NCBI GenBank assembly: GCA_036172245.1
Contig: JAYWIR010000030.1
Coordinates: forward strand, 248,001 to 312,000
DNA length: 64,000 nt
DNA from: Raillietiella orientalis
Lineage: Eukaryota
Direction: 5' to 3'
Shown: positions 34,300 through 46,649 of the stretch, in pieces
Layout of the letters: each line of letters opens with the position of its first letter
Position numbering within the stretch: the stretch's first letter is position 1
Position numbers and translations under genes: made by a program
The notes under the pieces: model-generated
Database searches by the model: none
Seen by the model: the letters and a program-made list of their open reading frames with translations, nothing else
Told to the model about the DNA's origin: nothing

Positions 34300-35400
34300 A
34301 TTTGTGGATGACCAAACCATCTCCAGCTCACTGATTTTATACGATGTCGCTTGTTCTTACAATGGAGAATTCCTCATTGAAGTCAGCTATCAAAACAATT
34401 CATGTCTTTGAAGTTTGCTAATATGTTCAGTGGCACTCGTTTTATTAGTGTACACTCCAAGGATGAATGCCATATGGCCGGAGGACCACTGACAAGAACA
34501 GGGAGCAAGGGCTCCGTTATTCCTCCATAGCTGCTCAGCACCGTTCTAAAAAGAATGAATTCCAAAACTGTGAAAACAAGTTCTTGCAATTTGCAATTTG
34601 ATCTTCGTGCTCCCCAAAAGATCCGCCCTGGCTTGGAAAACTACTGAGATAAGGATATCAGGATAACGAGTATGGCTGCACATCTTCGATGCTATGGTGA
34701 CGACCTTCGAAGGCTGCTTACCTGGGCGCTGCTTCGGGAAGCATAGCGTGGTCAACGGTGTGCGCCGCTCTGTTCATAAGGAGAAAAAAAGTGGAGACAG
34801 CTTATGAAAGAGCTGCTCACATATCCATGGGATAATTGTTAGTAAGGCTATTCTTTCACTGTGGGAAAGAAAGTCATCAGAATATCACCCATGGACTCGA
34901 ATACACGCAATTCTGGAATCGCTAATTTAAAACAAAGGATATCTTTTGCTTTCACCTTCTGTCGTCCTCGAAGATTGCTGTAATTAAGAAACAGAAAGGT
35001 CGACATCGGGAAAAGCACTTCCTATGCTTGCGTCGGTCCTCCCGTTTACCTTTCTCATCTGCATACCGCTCTGTTTACCCTGCTCTTCCCCATCATCGCA
35101 AATATGGATTCTAAATCCGTCACCACAGAGGGAATTTTTAAGATCCAGTAGAGAGCTTAGGTAAACCTGTCTTTAGAAAAAGTTGCACAGTAGAAGAGCT
35201 GCACGTCTCGCTTTATTCCCCATTCTGTCCGAAGGATCCTCTTGTGGAAGAAGTGTAAATATGCTATAGTTGCCCGTTCCTCGTTTGCCATTTCGCTGCA
35301 TATAGCTACATTTATTGAACAGAAAGGCGTTTATTGCATTTATTTTGACTTATTTTAATTGGGCATTCGTGCTGAAAGGAACAGGAAGTTGGATAGTATG
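34300..35400 (-). mobile_element. Decayed non-LTR retrotransposon RT remnant (CR1/L2-like)
   Basis: Ordered degenerate RT motifs on minus: LHF..(AF)D ~35230-35260, PFLFLNYSN (cf. PLLFLIYIND) ~34974-34999, YSDDF 34870-34884, RYPDILI (cf. KYLGI) ~34650-34670, LLPVLVSGPPAIW ~34470-34510. Many stops and frameshifts; boundaries approximate. Confidence 0.55.
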
Positions 35401-35785
35401 CTAATGAAATGCTCACGCGAAAAGCACATACCGCATTACAGAACAGTGGCGGTAATTGCTGCTCTCCACTCTGTTCTGTGATGCTCTCCCAGTATGCCTG
35501 TGGCATTACTTTGTAGTGTTTTTCTCACGCAAAAAGCGCTCAGAGTAGAGGTCACTGGGCGATGCCTTTCGTTTAAAGTAAAAATGTTCGGTTCCCTTCA
35601 CCCTGGGTTCCTGATAGAGTGCTTTCATGAGCTCGGCCATACCTGACTAACAGACCATTGCAGAGGTGCCGGATCTGAAATCTTGCAGTGGAAATGTGAA
35701 ATGATGAAACATCAGCGGACGGCGAACGATGCGTTTCCGTTTTATTCGGTGCCAAAATTCTCGCCATCTTTCCGAAATTGTTCTG

Positions 35786-35868
35786 AAAAATCAACTTTGA
35801 AACGCATTCCTACTAATTTAAGGTTCATTACTTTAAATTAGTAGGAATGCGCGTCAAAGTTGATTTTT
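35786..35868. repeat. Near-perfect inverted repeat (~36-bp arms)
   Basis: AAAAATCAACTTTGA-aa-CGCATTCCTACTAATTTAA pairs with TTAAATTAGTAGGAATGCG-cg-TCAAAGTTGATTTTT; 7-11 nt loop. Confidence 0.95.
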
Positions 35869-36999
35869 TGATGTTATTTGTGTTGACAAGTTCGTCATTT
35901 ACATTTGAAGGGAGAAGTAGCCGAAAGCTCGAATTCTTTACGTCATCTAATGGATTTAACAAGAATGATGTGTTCCTGCTGAGGAACTAAATATTGACAA
36001 GGAATGCTGATAGCATGGATTTTGGCATTACGAGTGTCAGGTGATTACGCTCGAAAGTTGACCGTATGATGCTCCAAAGGTACGCGAGTATTGATGGTCT
36101 TCTGATACACGGAATTGTACATCCTTGTTCCTCATGCTAATATGAGGAAAAAAAAATCATAAATCAGTGATTGGGAATCATTCCATCAATGTGACACAAG
36201 GTTCCCCATACTTTACTGAACCTAACGAAATAAAAATTCATGGTGCATGAACTAGAAATACTTACATTGAAAAATAAAAAAAAATAGAAGACTGTAAACT
36301 GAGTGCACTTTAGGAACATTCTGGGATTACACTGACGTATCGCCTAAACTAAATCGTAGTAGTTGTAACGGTGAAGTTCCTGGGACTATCAGTATCTTCA
36401 ACTCGTTATGTTGTGGCATTTTGTAAAAGTCAGTCCGAATAATTTTCGATTTCTGAATCGCTGTGACTCCACCGTTTATGTCTGACTGGTTAAAATCTGT
36501 TACAGTATTCCTTCAATGAATCAATAGTAGGTCGTTCACATGCCATGATTGGACGTTTAATTGGGTTGAATTAGGAGGAGTGCTTAATAAACGAAGGGAA
36601 AACTATAATTTTGAAGAACCAAACAAGTTTCGAGGTAGAGTAGACATGAACTTGAGCAGGGTAGGTGCATGCATAGATGTCATATCCTTAGAGGAATACA
36701 CAACACAGAGTTGTACCTCGAGACAGCTTATCTTGCGAATTAGAAAATGCCTAACGTATTGGAGCACAACAGCAACGGCAAGTGCAGGAAAACCACTTAA
36801 TGCAGCTGCTTAGACGGGAGGATAGCCGTACTGACGAAATGATATACCACGCAACACGTTTGCTGTTCATCTGAATCGCGCCCACATACCATCAAAGGAA
36901 AGCTCTAACTTTGCTTTAAGAGACGGTTCGCTTGGATGCTCCAAGCAATCTTTGCCTTGTAATCTACTTTACCAGCAAGGTGCAGTTGCATGTTTTCTC

Positions 37000-38650
37000 A
37001 AAGACGAAGAGCTCACCTGTCAGTCCAGCAGGTGGTTGTTTCGTGGCTGCAGATTAGTTGGCACCCTTTCCATTGCGAGTTCGTAGCCGAGTGATTTCCA
37101 TCGGAACTCCTGCTGACGAGTGGATTTCGTACATCTGATGGATAAATGCTGCCGAAAAGATGTTAAGCAGTACCTTTGCTTGGAAGAATCGAAAAAGCCA
37201 CATTAGGATTGCTGCACTCTTTTGGGTTGGGTTGGCATCTTTCGGAAAAGTTGGTGACGTACGAGGCAAACTGTTCCCACGCAAATCATGTCTGAAAATT
37301 TTTGTCACGTAGCATTTTTCTGGGAACATTTGCATCAAGTCGAGGCACACGGAGATAAAGAATGCATTTAACAGAAGTCCACTGGAAAGGACAACAAATC
37401 AGCATCGAAGGATGCAGGCATGCATGAATTTATTCGCTGATTGCATTTCTGAAGAACATTTGATTTAATGGTCCTCACCTCAGCCGTGCTAAGAGGCTGC
37501 TGTTCCTTCGCCTTGAAACACTTGGAGATTTCGGGAAGTTCATCACCCACGGCAGTGCGATAGCGAGGGAAAGCTGCTTTTCTGGAGAAAGTTGCCTTAA
37601 TTACAAGTGTTTTAAATGGATCGAATTCATTAAGGCAAAATCACGAATGCGAAAAGTAAATATCGAAAACCGGACATTCCAGGAGTCGTTAAGAGGCGGT
37701 AATCTGACTGTCGATCAACCACCCAGCAGGACGTGGTCAGCACACTGTAGGTCACAAAAAATGGAAAACACTTCGTTCTTCGGCAATAAAAAAGGATAAT
37801 GGGTTTTCGTTACATCTAAGGCTGCAGGGACTCCTGGCACTGGGGAACAGGTAGGTGATTACGGACTGGGATTCCATTTCCTTACAAAAGTTTATATTGC
37901 TTGCTAAACGTGTCCAAGGTAGGGGTCACAACACGCACGCCTTGCGTGCGAGCGTTTCCGGCATCAGAATATTCCAAACACTAGGTATTCGAATATCAGC
38001 CACGGATTTCAACGAAGATCCTTTAAGACTTTGGACTGGCTCATTTGTTTTTGTTTTTTTTTCTGTTGAGCGAGAGCCACTGGAGAGTTTGGCTACATTG
38101 AGTTTGTGCAAGATTTGTACAGTAAGGTATACATCGGAAAACGGTTTCAGTGCTCCACCTGAAACTCATGCTTCCACATTTAGCCATTTGTTCCATTTTC
38201 CTCTTACAGCAGCTTCTGTGGGATAATGCTATGCTTGAGTATGCTGTTTCACGTAATGACTTTCATCTTTGAAATCTTTCCTCCCTGTCTTCGATCTCTG
38301 CCCTCGAAACCCAGCAACCGTGTGAGTTCGCCCAAGTTCCACCAAATCAAGCGTAGAGTCCAACCATTCTTTCTTTTTTTTTCGAAAATGCAACAGAAAA
38401 TTCTGGCATTTATAGGATAGCGTTGTATGTCGTCCTTCCAAGCAATCAAATTCATATTTGGAAAAAAAATATATATTGATGATCCTATTTCAAGTAAGTT
38501 TTCTCTTCTAGATTCACGACGTTTTCCAAATTCTCTTTTCGATGTCTCTCTTTTTAAGAGAATTTGTTGGCTGTGTCTTCACGTGTTTCAGTGGGGCCTA
38601 AACTGGACGAATGTGAAGTGAGAAGGAAAAGAAGACTTCCCGATTACCTT
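37000..38650 (+). mobile_element. Decayed RTE-like non-LTR retrotransposon (RT and 3' region)
   Basis: Ordered frameshifted motifs: DG(I).A..ML ~37137, KIF ~37295, RGTR ~37342, LK.(A)FDL ~37450, GV..GGNL ~37682, YGL ~37860, FQTLGIRIS (cf. FKYLGS.I) ~37972, WLCLHV (cf. W.GHV) ~38568, EGK.R ~38622. Boundaries approximate. Confidence 0.6.
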
Positions 38651-39139
38651 CGAGTGCGTAATTGATCCACATCAGCCACGGAAGCTCTCTGCGAACTGAT
38701 TGCCATCAAAACCACGCTAGGATGGGCAGTTTCAAAGAACGGCTCAGAAGAGATTGCGATTTTCGAAAATGCTCCACAGAATTGCTTCCGGAAGAACCGA
38801 AGAGCTGGCGACTAATTTAATCCATTCCTTATTTGAGAAGCGCAAAAGTTCTGCTTCCTTCCCCCGTAACTGACGAGTCCACTGATGCTGCAAACACAGC
38901 TTAGTTGTCAGTTTTCCTTAGAGGAGTGGACGAGGAAGTGGGATGAATATTTTTGATGGTTTCCTTCTTTTACTTCGAATTCAGTGCTCTACCACACGAA
39001 GGGACTCATTCAAAGAAGTCGAACGAGTGTTGCTAAATTTAACTTCCCACACGAAAAAACGCAAGGGTGTCTCAACACATGGAGCTCCGCCAATGCTGTA
39101 AGGAGCAGTGGCTCTCCAGCACCACGGAAAGAGGAATGC

Positions 39140-39830
39140 CCGCGTCGGAGGCTTTGTGGTTAAGGCTTCCGCGCGTGGCACCATGCGTCGCGGGCTCGAA
39201 TACTCCAGCAGAAACTGAGCCACTGCGTCGTTTGGGTTCCGAGTTTCTCCTGCAACGGCGCTGGTTGGCCGAGACATTCGGGCATGACCCCGGCGGTGGA
39301 TAAAGCCGGAGGGCTCCCGATGAAGGCCAGAACAATGGGAGTCGACCTTCGGGTCCTTCCAGGAATAAAGGAGTGGGGAGTTACCCCTCTTGTCGTGCAA
39401 CGGAGAGCGGACCCCCCTCACCGAGGGGACCCCTCCGGTTTCAAGATGGAGTCGGAGCCCTCACGGCCACCTCTCCAGTTGTTCAAAGTAGCGGACCCCT
39501 CCTGTTGCTGGGGGGACCCTCCGAGTAGTCGCCTCTTTACAAGAGTGCAAGGAAGCAAGCGAGAGCGATTCCCTGCGGGAAGCTGCAGCGCCCCTTCTGA
39601 GTTTCGGAAGCGTCCCTTCGGGGTTCTCTTCAGAGGAGTGAACAGGAGCGGTTCCCTTGCGGGTTCCCTCCGGAGAAGAAATTCCTAATAGAGGATCCTT
39701 TCCGGGTTCCCTTCGGAGAAGTTGAAATAGAGAGGACCACCCCCTCCCAGGGGGTCCCTCCGGAGAGAATGAGGAAGGAGATTCCATATGGGGTTCCCCT
39801 TCAGAGACAAAAAAAGAAAGAAAGAGGAAC
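39140..39830 (+). mobile_element. tRNA-derived SINE-like element with downstream degenerate repeats
   Basis: A-box-like GGCTTTGTGGTTAAGG (39150-39165) and B-box-like GGGCTCGAATAC (39192-39203) at tRNA spacing, with no intact cloverleaf, followed by a GC-rich body. The 3' end is uncertain. Confidence 0.5.
39620..39808 (+). repeat. Degenerate tandem repeat, 5 copies of GGGTTCCCTYCGGAGA, period 40-47 nt
   Basis: Cores at ~39621, 39661, 39704, 39751, 39791. Confidence 0.85.
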
Positions 39831-40249
39831 GTCAGAAACTGAAGCAGTCCGACCGGGAAAAGTTAAGCGTCCTGCCCGAGTATCAACATCCTTATGTCTG
39901 CTGCAGAATCTGGTTGATTTAGTAATGTGTGGTGGATGTGTACATCCCATTGGAAGTCCTCGCTTTCTCGTCAAGATGAGCGGTTTTTCTCCGAATCATG
40001 CGAATCTTCCGCTGTCGCAGCCGATCAATTCGCTTCGATTTCACTGGTTTTCGGAAGACATCTTCCGCTGTGGGGAACCAAGCAACATGTCAGCAGTTCC
40101 TTCCTTACATCTGGCCCCACTGCAGCCACTGCTTTTCGACCCTCCTGCTCAAAACATCGAAGCAATGCCGAACGCTCCGAGAAGAAGAATCAGGGAGCAG
40201 GTTTGGAGTATGAAATGAAATTGAGACGGGAACTGCTGCGATCATTTCC

Positions 40250-40620
40250 TGCTTCATTCTCGGTGCAACCAGGGATGCCTCTAAATTTTCAGCCTGAGTC
40301 CATTGGCTCACAAGCCTACGGTTCACTGGGAACTAAATTCAGCTCTACACTTCCCCTGACGGGATTTTACAAATCCTGCGGTCCTGCAGAAGAGACTTGC
40401 TTCCATGAAACTGTAAGCCTGAAGAATGCGTTCTTCCGTTGGAGGCTGCAAACCAGTGAGAACCGTTTTCCCGGCACATGATCTTTGCAGATGGACTCGC
40501 ACATCTGCAGAAAGGCTGACTGGGATTCTGAATCCCATGCAAGCTTGTCTGCATGCGCAAGAGCAACGAACTCTGAAGATTCATTAAGATGCGTTTCCAA
40601 TAAGCCACCATCGTGGACAA
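40250..40620 (-). mobile_element. Short non-LTR RT remnant
   Basis: VALAHADKLAWDSESQSAFLQ (cf. LAYADDL.L.AES...LQ), then RLTVS, then a frameshifted K(Y)LGI-like stretch near 40280. Confidence 0.5.
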
Positions 40621-42899
40621 TCCGTTAACAACAACTAATATTTTATAAAACATAGCGTAGACATTACAGGAAAGGTACAGAACAAATTTGAATGATTTTT
40701 TTCTCTGTTTTAACGAATGCCTTTGCAGCTGTGCAAAGAGTGAACCCTTAATGGCTCAGGTGTCAATGATAGAGTTAATCAGCATAAGAAAAACAAACTG
40801 CGATTAACAAAATTTAACATATAGGAAAATTCGATCCAGTTGAGAAATGGCTGGCTTTGCTTTATTGCTACTGAGGCTTTGCTTAGCAGTTTTTCCATTT
40901 CCTCCGTGACCGTACTGTGTTGTGTTTATTGATGCTATCAGTGTTTATAAAAAAAGCATCTCGTTTTTCCATCGATTCCATTCATTATTCTTGTTGTCTG
41001 GAATAACACAGAACTATTTGCTCAGCAATTATTTTTGGCAGGAATAAAATAATTCTTTCTTTGAAAAAAATGGAGGATGGCGTGTTCGTCGGGGGGCGGA
41101 CAAGGGCGGGCAACTTGCTCTGGGTGGGGAGAAGTTGCTTTCCGTCCGACCACGAGGCTCGGCAGCGCAGCCGACGAAACGCAATGAGAGATTCCTGGAA
41201 GAGAGTGGTAATCGTCGACCCGGGAATACCAACCAAACGAAGAGGAGGATTCCCGCCTCCACCTCAGCTTTTCAACAGCTCCTGATGGCAGAGCCGTGCT
41301 TCTTGGGGGGTGAGCTGGTGCTCCTGATGTACATCCATAGATAATTCTTTGATTCGTTGATTGCCGAGAGGGAAGAGGAAGGGGGGAGACTTTCCCCCTT
41401 GTCGATCGCTCCAGAGCTTCTTCAGGCCATTCGTTCGGTATCAGCTTGTGGTGTGGCACGGCTGCTGGGGTTGTTGACGCTGACCCATCCGATGCCCCGC
41501 GTGCAGCACTTGCGGGAGTCTCCAGGAACCGTTGCTCCCCCATCAGATGGTAGGCTTTCTTTGCGAGCTCCCCAGCTCCTTCAAGGCTTTGTCGTGGGCC
41601 GGCTCCCACATGCACTGAGAAGCCCTACCTCCACGAGGGTGCCCACGGAGGGGGAACTCCTCCGTGAGAGAGATGCGTCGCAGCCTGTGCTCCCTCTCCC
41701 CTTTACTTGTCTCCTGCATCTTCCAGGGTCGCTGGCTGGTCTTCGAAGGGACCAGTCATGTCGAGAGCGGTGACTCGATGGAGCCTCCGGAGCATCGGAC
41801 TCCATAGACCCGGCCTTGATTTCTGCCTCAAAGATTCTCCTCCCAGTCCGCTCTTGAGTCCGCGTCTCTCGCCGGTCGAGCGGGGTCGAAATCCCGGACG
41901 TGGCGCTCGTGAAAAGAGCGCCGACCCCACCAAGCATGCCCCTGATCTCCAAGGAAACGTGGATTGGAAGGAAGAGGACCTCTTTTGGAACCTCTCTCCT
42001 TCCTTCTTGCTCCTCCGTTGTCTTGTGAGAGGAGGTAGTTCTGGTGGAAATGAAGTTGGCTGTCGATGCGTGAGAGCCCCTCAGATGCCTCACGTAAAAG
42101 AGAGAGAGCTTTCTCTCTCTCTTCAAGATTCTTCAAGATTTGCGAGCATTATTCAAAAAAAAAAAGGGTAGGAAAGAAAAAGCAAGTGGGAAGGTGGATG
42201 GAAAGGGGCACTTGGTTTCTAGTTTTAATGACCATGTGCACGCACAGGTCGAACCAGACTGGCAGCCCGTGCCCCTTCGGAGTCGCTCCATCCGGTATTT
42301 TTAGATCGCAATGTTGGACGCCATGCTGATCGCGCACGCTAGCTGCATGGCTCTCTGTGTCGATTCACAGAAGGAGCTTCTTCGGACGCTTTCAAGAATA
42401 CCGTTCGAAAGCATAGCAGCCGCCCTGAGGTCCCTTGTTTCGGTCTTCCTCCAGGAATCCCATGAGGTTATTTCCCAGAAGGAAGAGGCTGATATCGAGA
42501 CCCACGCGGGTAGTGTACTGCCCTGTCAGTGTGATGTGAGCCGCATGAGAGGTATCGCACCCCTTCCACCACGGCACCTGATGGATTTGGTGAACGGTGG
42601 AAGATTCGAAGGGGTCGGTAGATCAGGCCAGCTGAGACCACGCTGCTCCCAGTTGATTCACCTGAGTCTTCGAACCCACCAGCAGTCATTCTGTGGTGAG
42701 GTCAGTTCCCTTCCTTTGGGAAATTAGGAGATCCGTGGCTGGATGCCCTCGACCTCGCAAGAGCTCACCAGATGGAAGGGTACTTTTGTTGTTCTCTTAC
42801 TTCGCTGAGATGTCTGCTGAGGAGGTCTGCGCCTGTAGGTCATCGAGTTGTTCTCTATAATGCAGCTGTCCAATTTGCTGTCTGGTGACCAAAGGATGA

Positions 42900-44150
42900 G
42901 GGGTGAGATCGACTACGCCTTTCCTCGATGGCCACCTGCCTTTATTTGCTGGAGGGGGCTGAAAGGGCAGAGTGCGGTCGTCACTTTCTGACCACCACTA
43001 TCTCGCGTTTTACTTTCTCCTCAGGTCAAAGAGTGCTCCGATCAGCATGTAGAGGATGTTGAGGGCTGGAAGACGGAGAGATAAGGCAGCTCTTAAGATA
43101 TCTGGTCCGTGGGACCGATATCCAAGAACTCCAGCATTGGGACCTGTTCAAGGTCTCCTTTCGTGAGTTATGCCTCAGTTTTTCCCCCTCCTTAGAGTTT
43201 TAAAGGGAACTAGGGAGTAGTCTCCTGTACTTCCATACACGCAAAGCCTGCCGCCATCCCGAGCTAAGGAAACTGGCAAGTACAAGGTGCAGTCCAGAGT
43301 GACTTGCCTCCTGGTCCCTCATGGCAAGGAGTGCTCGGATCCTAAGGAAGCTTGCGGGTGGTTAACTTCTAAATCTCTTTGCATGCGGAGACATCCCTTG
43401 GCAGCGTGGTCTCATGACTTCCGCTGCAGGAGGGCGACTCTGCAGTCGGGGAGGAAGATGCAGTCCCTTCCATTGAGCCCTTCTCTAGGGAGGACATCAT
43501 CTCCGCTGTCGGAGAACTCAAAAGGCAGGAAGGTGCCAGAGGAGGACAGTTTCCTGCAGAGTTTTTCAAATGCTTGGAGCTCTTGGCGCTAAGAATGGCT
43601 ACGCTGATGCGTCACATCATTGTGGCATTTCGTTCCGCTCAACAAGAGTGAGTCTTTCTGGAGGAGGAACCAATGCAGCCTGAATAACTGGCGTCCAATC
43701 CCCTTGGTGAATAAGGAGTTAAGTTGTTCTGGAGGATGTGGACCGCACAACTGAGGTCTGTTTCCGCCTCTTTGATTAACCTAGAGCCTAAGTATTTTGC
43801 TTCCGGGAGAAGAGTGGACACCTAGTGGACAAACTCTGTTGCCTTGGCATCCCTACCGCCGAGGTGACCTCAGTTCTATGTTTCATCCGCGGGATTACGC
43901 TGGCGCGTTTCGTGCAGGATCATGGTCAGCATAGGCCATCCAGCTGATAGCCCTTAGCTTGGAGGAGCAGTGCTTTTGCTTCCTCGACCAGAGACTAAGA
44001 CGGCTGTTGCCAGCATACTGCGCAACATGAGGACAAGAATCATCAGAACCCAGTGACACTCCCTCATTGCCCTCTTTCTCCACAGAAAGTCCTTATTTCG
44101 TTATTTACATCTCCCGCCTTCTCTCGGAGACCCTTCCCTATTTCCTCCCT
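42900..44150 (-). mobile_element. Decayed non-LTR retrotransposon with RT and probable RNase H remnant
   Basis: GVSLGS 44045-44062, ISWMAYADHD ~43918-43947, KYLGS ~43783-43797. Downstream RNase H-like traces: AAGF..Y ~43240, VPMLEFLDI ~43118-43144, IKA.VAIE...VD ~42910-42946. May extend to ~41000. Confidence 0.55.
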
Positions 44151-46649
44151 TGTTCAGGATGTGCCGCGGCAGCATCCCGTCTTTTCTGCAGCATCACCTC
44201 GGCATCTCCAGGTCCTCCTAAAGCAGCGAGAGGCTCGCATCTCCTACTGTCGGCGAAGAAAGGTGCCGGGTGCCATCGGCTGGGGATCCATCCGCTCGGA
44301 GAGAAGATTCCAGTGGAAGACAGGAGAGTTCCCATGGTTGTTCTTGCAAACGAATTTTATAACCTTGAAATCGGGCGAGGTCAGTTTTCGCTCTTTGTGC
44401 ATTTCCTAGAGCGCATTGCGGTGTGGTGTGAGCGAATGAACGCCTGTTGGCCCGAAGCCTCGCTGCATTTCGCCGAAAGCCAGACTTCAGACGGACCTAT
44501 TTTAAGTCGCCGTGTACATAATATGCAATGAAAATTACATAACCTCGAGAAGAGGGTCGCGGAATTGCAAGTTTGTAGGAAATTGGTGCATTTCGAAACG
44601 TCTGTTTGATAGCGGCACACTTCAAAGGTATTGATTTACTGTTGTACTTGAAAGAGAAAAAAAAAAAAGATCCTACTCTACGACTGGGATTCGTTTCTCG
44701 TTCGTTTTTATTTATTTATTTCTTTTCAAAATAAAAACCAGGCATCGGTTTAGCCGGAACATTTTGTGTACGACAAAGATTTCCGTAGTTTGATCTGTAG
44801 CGAATGTGACAAGAATAAATAGCATTACATTTAGGATTTTTGCATTTCTTTTCTTTCTTTCTTTTTTTGCCCGGCCCCTGTGGGTGCGCCGTCCACACAC
44901 TAAAGGCAAGATCCTGCATGCCATATTTTGGCATATTACGTACATGCACTTGTACAGCGTATAACCAGCCTCCGTGGGACGAAGCCTGCACCTCACCAAT
45001 GATGAAATGGAACGAGAGAATGCATCGGAACAGGCCGAGGCTTCCCGTCTTGCAGCAGCAACGAAGTTTCCTTTGCGTAGGGAGATTCCCACTGTGGGGT
45101 CTTCGCAGCCCAACAAATCCCTCGACCGGGCAGCAAGCCGCCTCCTTTCCGTCGATTTCTCCTGCTTTGGTAATTTGGAGGGTTGTCTTAGTCGAACTCT
45201 ATTCTGAGCACTCCACTGAAGAAGAACTCTTTTGCGCCGCCATCCCTGAGCTGGAAATCTGAACTTGCACTTTGCATGCCTTCCTCCCTGAGCTATTGGG
45301 TGGGAGCATTTGCCCATAGAAAGAAAAAAATTAGAACCTTGGGTTCAAAGAAGACTGCTTGCACTGGTGTTTGTTTTTAAATACGAAGATGACCGTTAGG
45401 AAGCAACTATATACGAGCAGTTGGAATTGAACTAAAGAGTGGCTTCAACGTTGGCATTGCTTACACATCAGCTTTGTGGAGAAATAAGCTGCTGTTGGCA
45501 CAATAGAATAAGCGACCCTAGGTGATCCAAGGATGGAGTAGGGAGTTGCATGGTTTGCCGGTGGTGAGGATGACGACAGAGAGTGGCTCACTGAACTGTC
45601 CTTTCGATCCTTTCGGACCACATAATCATCATCCTCTTCGATGCAAAACAAAATGCTCTATTCCTCGACTTTCATGCAAATTTCGAAGTATTTCCATGTA
45701 ACTAATACAAAAGTACTTTTAATTAAAACTTAGCTCACTCTCTTTTAATTGATAAGCACATTTTTCAACTTATTCAATGCAGACCCCCCATACTACAACA
45801 TAGATTATTGATTATCGGTGTAAACATTTAGAGAAGTTTTCCATTTTTCAAAGCACACTTTTCTAAAGTCTTCAAGATGTTACTATAAACATCATATTAA
45901 ATATCAGGCTTAAAACGAAATATCCAATTAACTGATGATCCCTTAATATATACATTTTGCGAAAAAAAAATTAATGACTACCTTGCATTAGATTTAGATA
46001 GTTTTCTTACAATTGAAAATATGAAAATTTGAAACTATAAGGATTTTCTGAAATCAATATCAATGCGACTCTTCTTAGCAACTGGGAGTTCCAAGTGAGA
46101 TGCTGTATTTAAAAGAGTAAAGTGAATCACAATGTCGTTAGTCCTGAATGTGTGCATGTGACTTCGTACCGAATAGAACTCGACTGTACACTTATCCGAG
46201 AATGGTAAGTTGAACATTGTAATCACTGAGCACACATCTCCTGTTGGTACGGTTGAGGAAAGTGCTAACGCAGTGGACGTGCCGGAAGCTGTGTGTACGC
46301 AAGGGAGTCGCATCCTGTTCAGATGAACACAGATATCGGCAATTACGGCGAATTGTTTGAGAGCAAGGGATCATCAATTTGTTAATTGATCTGTTGGTGA
46401 CGGTGCAAGAGTGCTGGAGAAGAGGTGGTAAGTGGCGTTCGGGTGTTGAGCGTGTCTTTGGTTTCAGAGAGGAATTACATGGATATTCATGTTCAATGTT
46501 CTGATCTTTAAGAGTTAAATAGGATTGGTGTTGCGTGTAGCATGACGTATGACACGTGGACAGACAGATGTTTCCATTTACTAGTTGTTGGAAGAACGAA
46601 GACTTTTTCTTCTTCTTTTATATGTATGTCCAATTGAAGCAGGTATGGG

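Noticed and set aside
39620..39808. CRISPR-like repeat-spacer array
   Set aside because: Eukaryotic context, degenerate 16-nt cores, irregular period and no cas genes.
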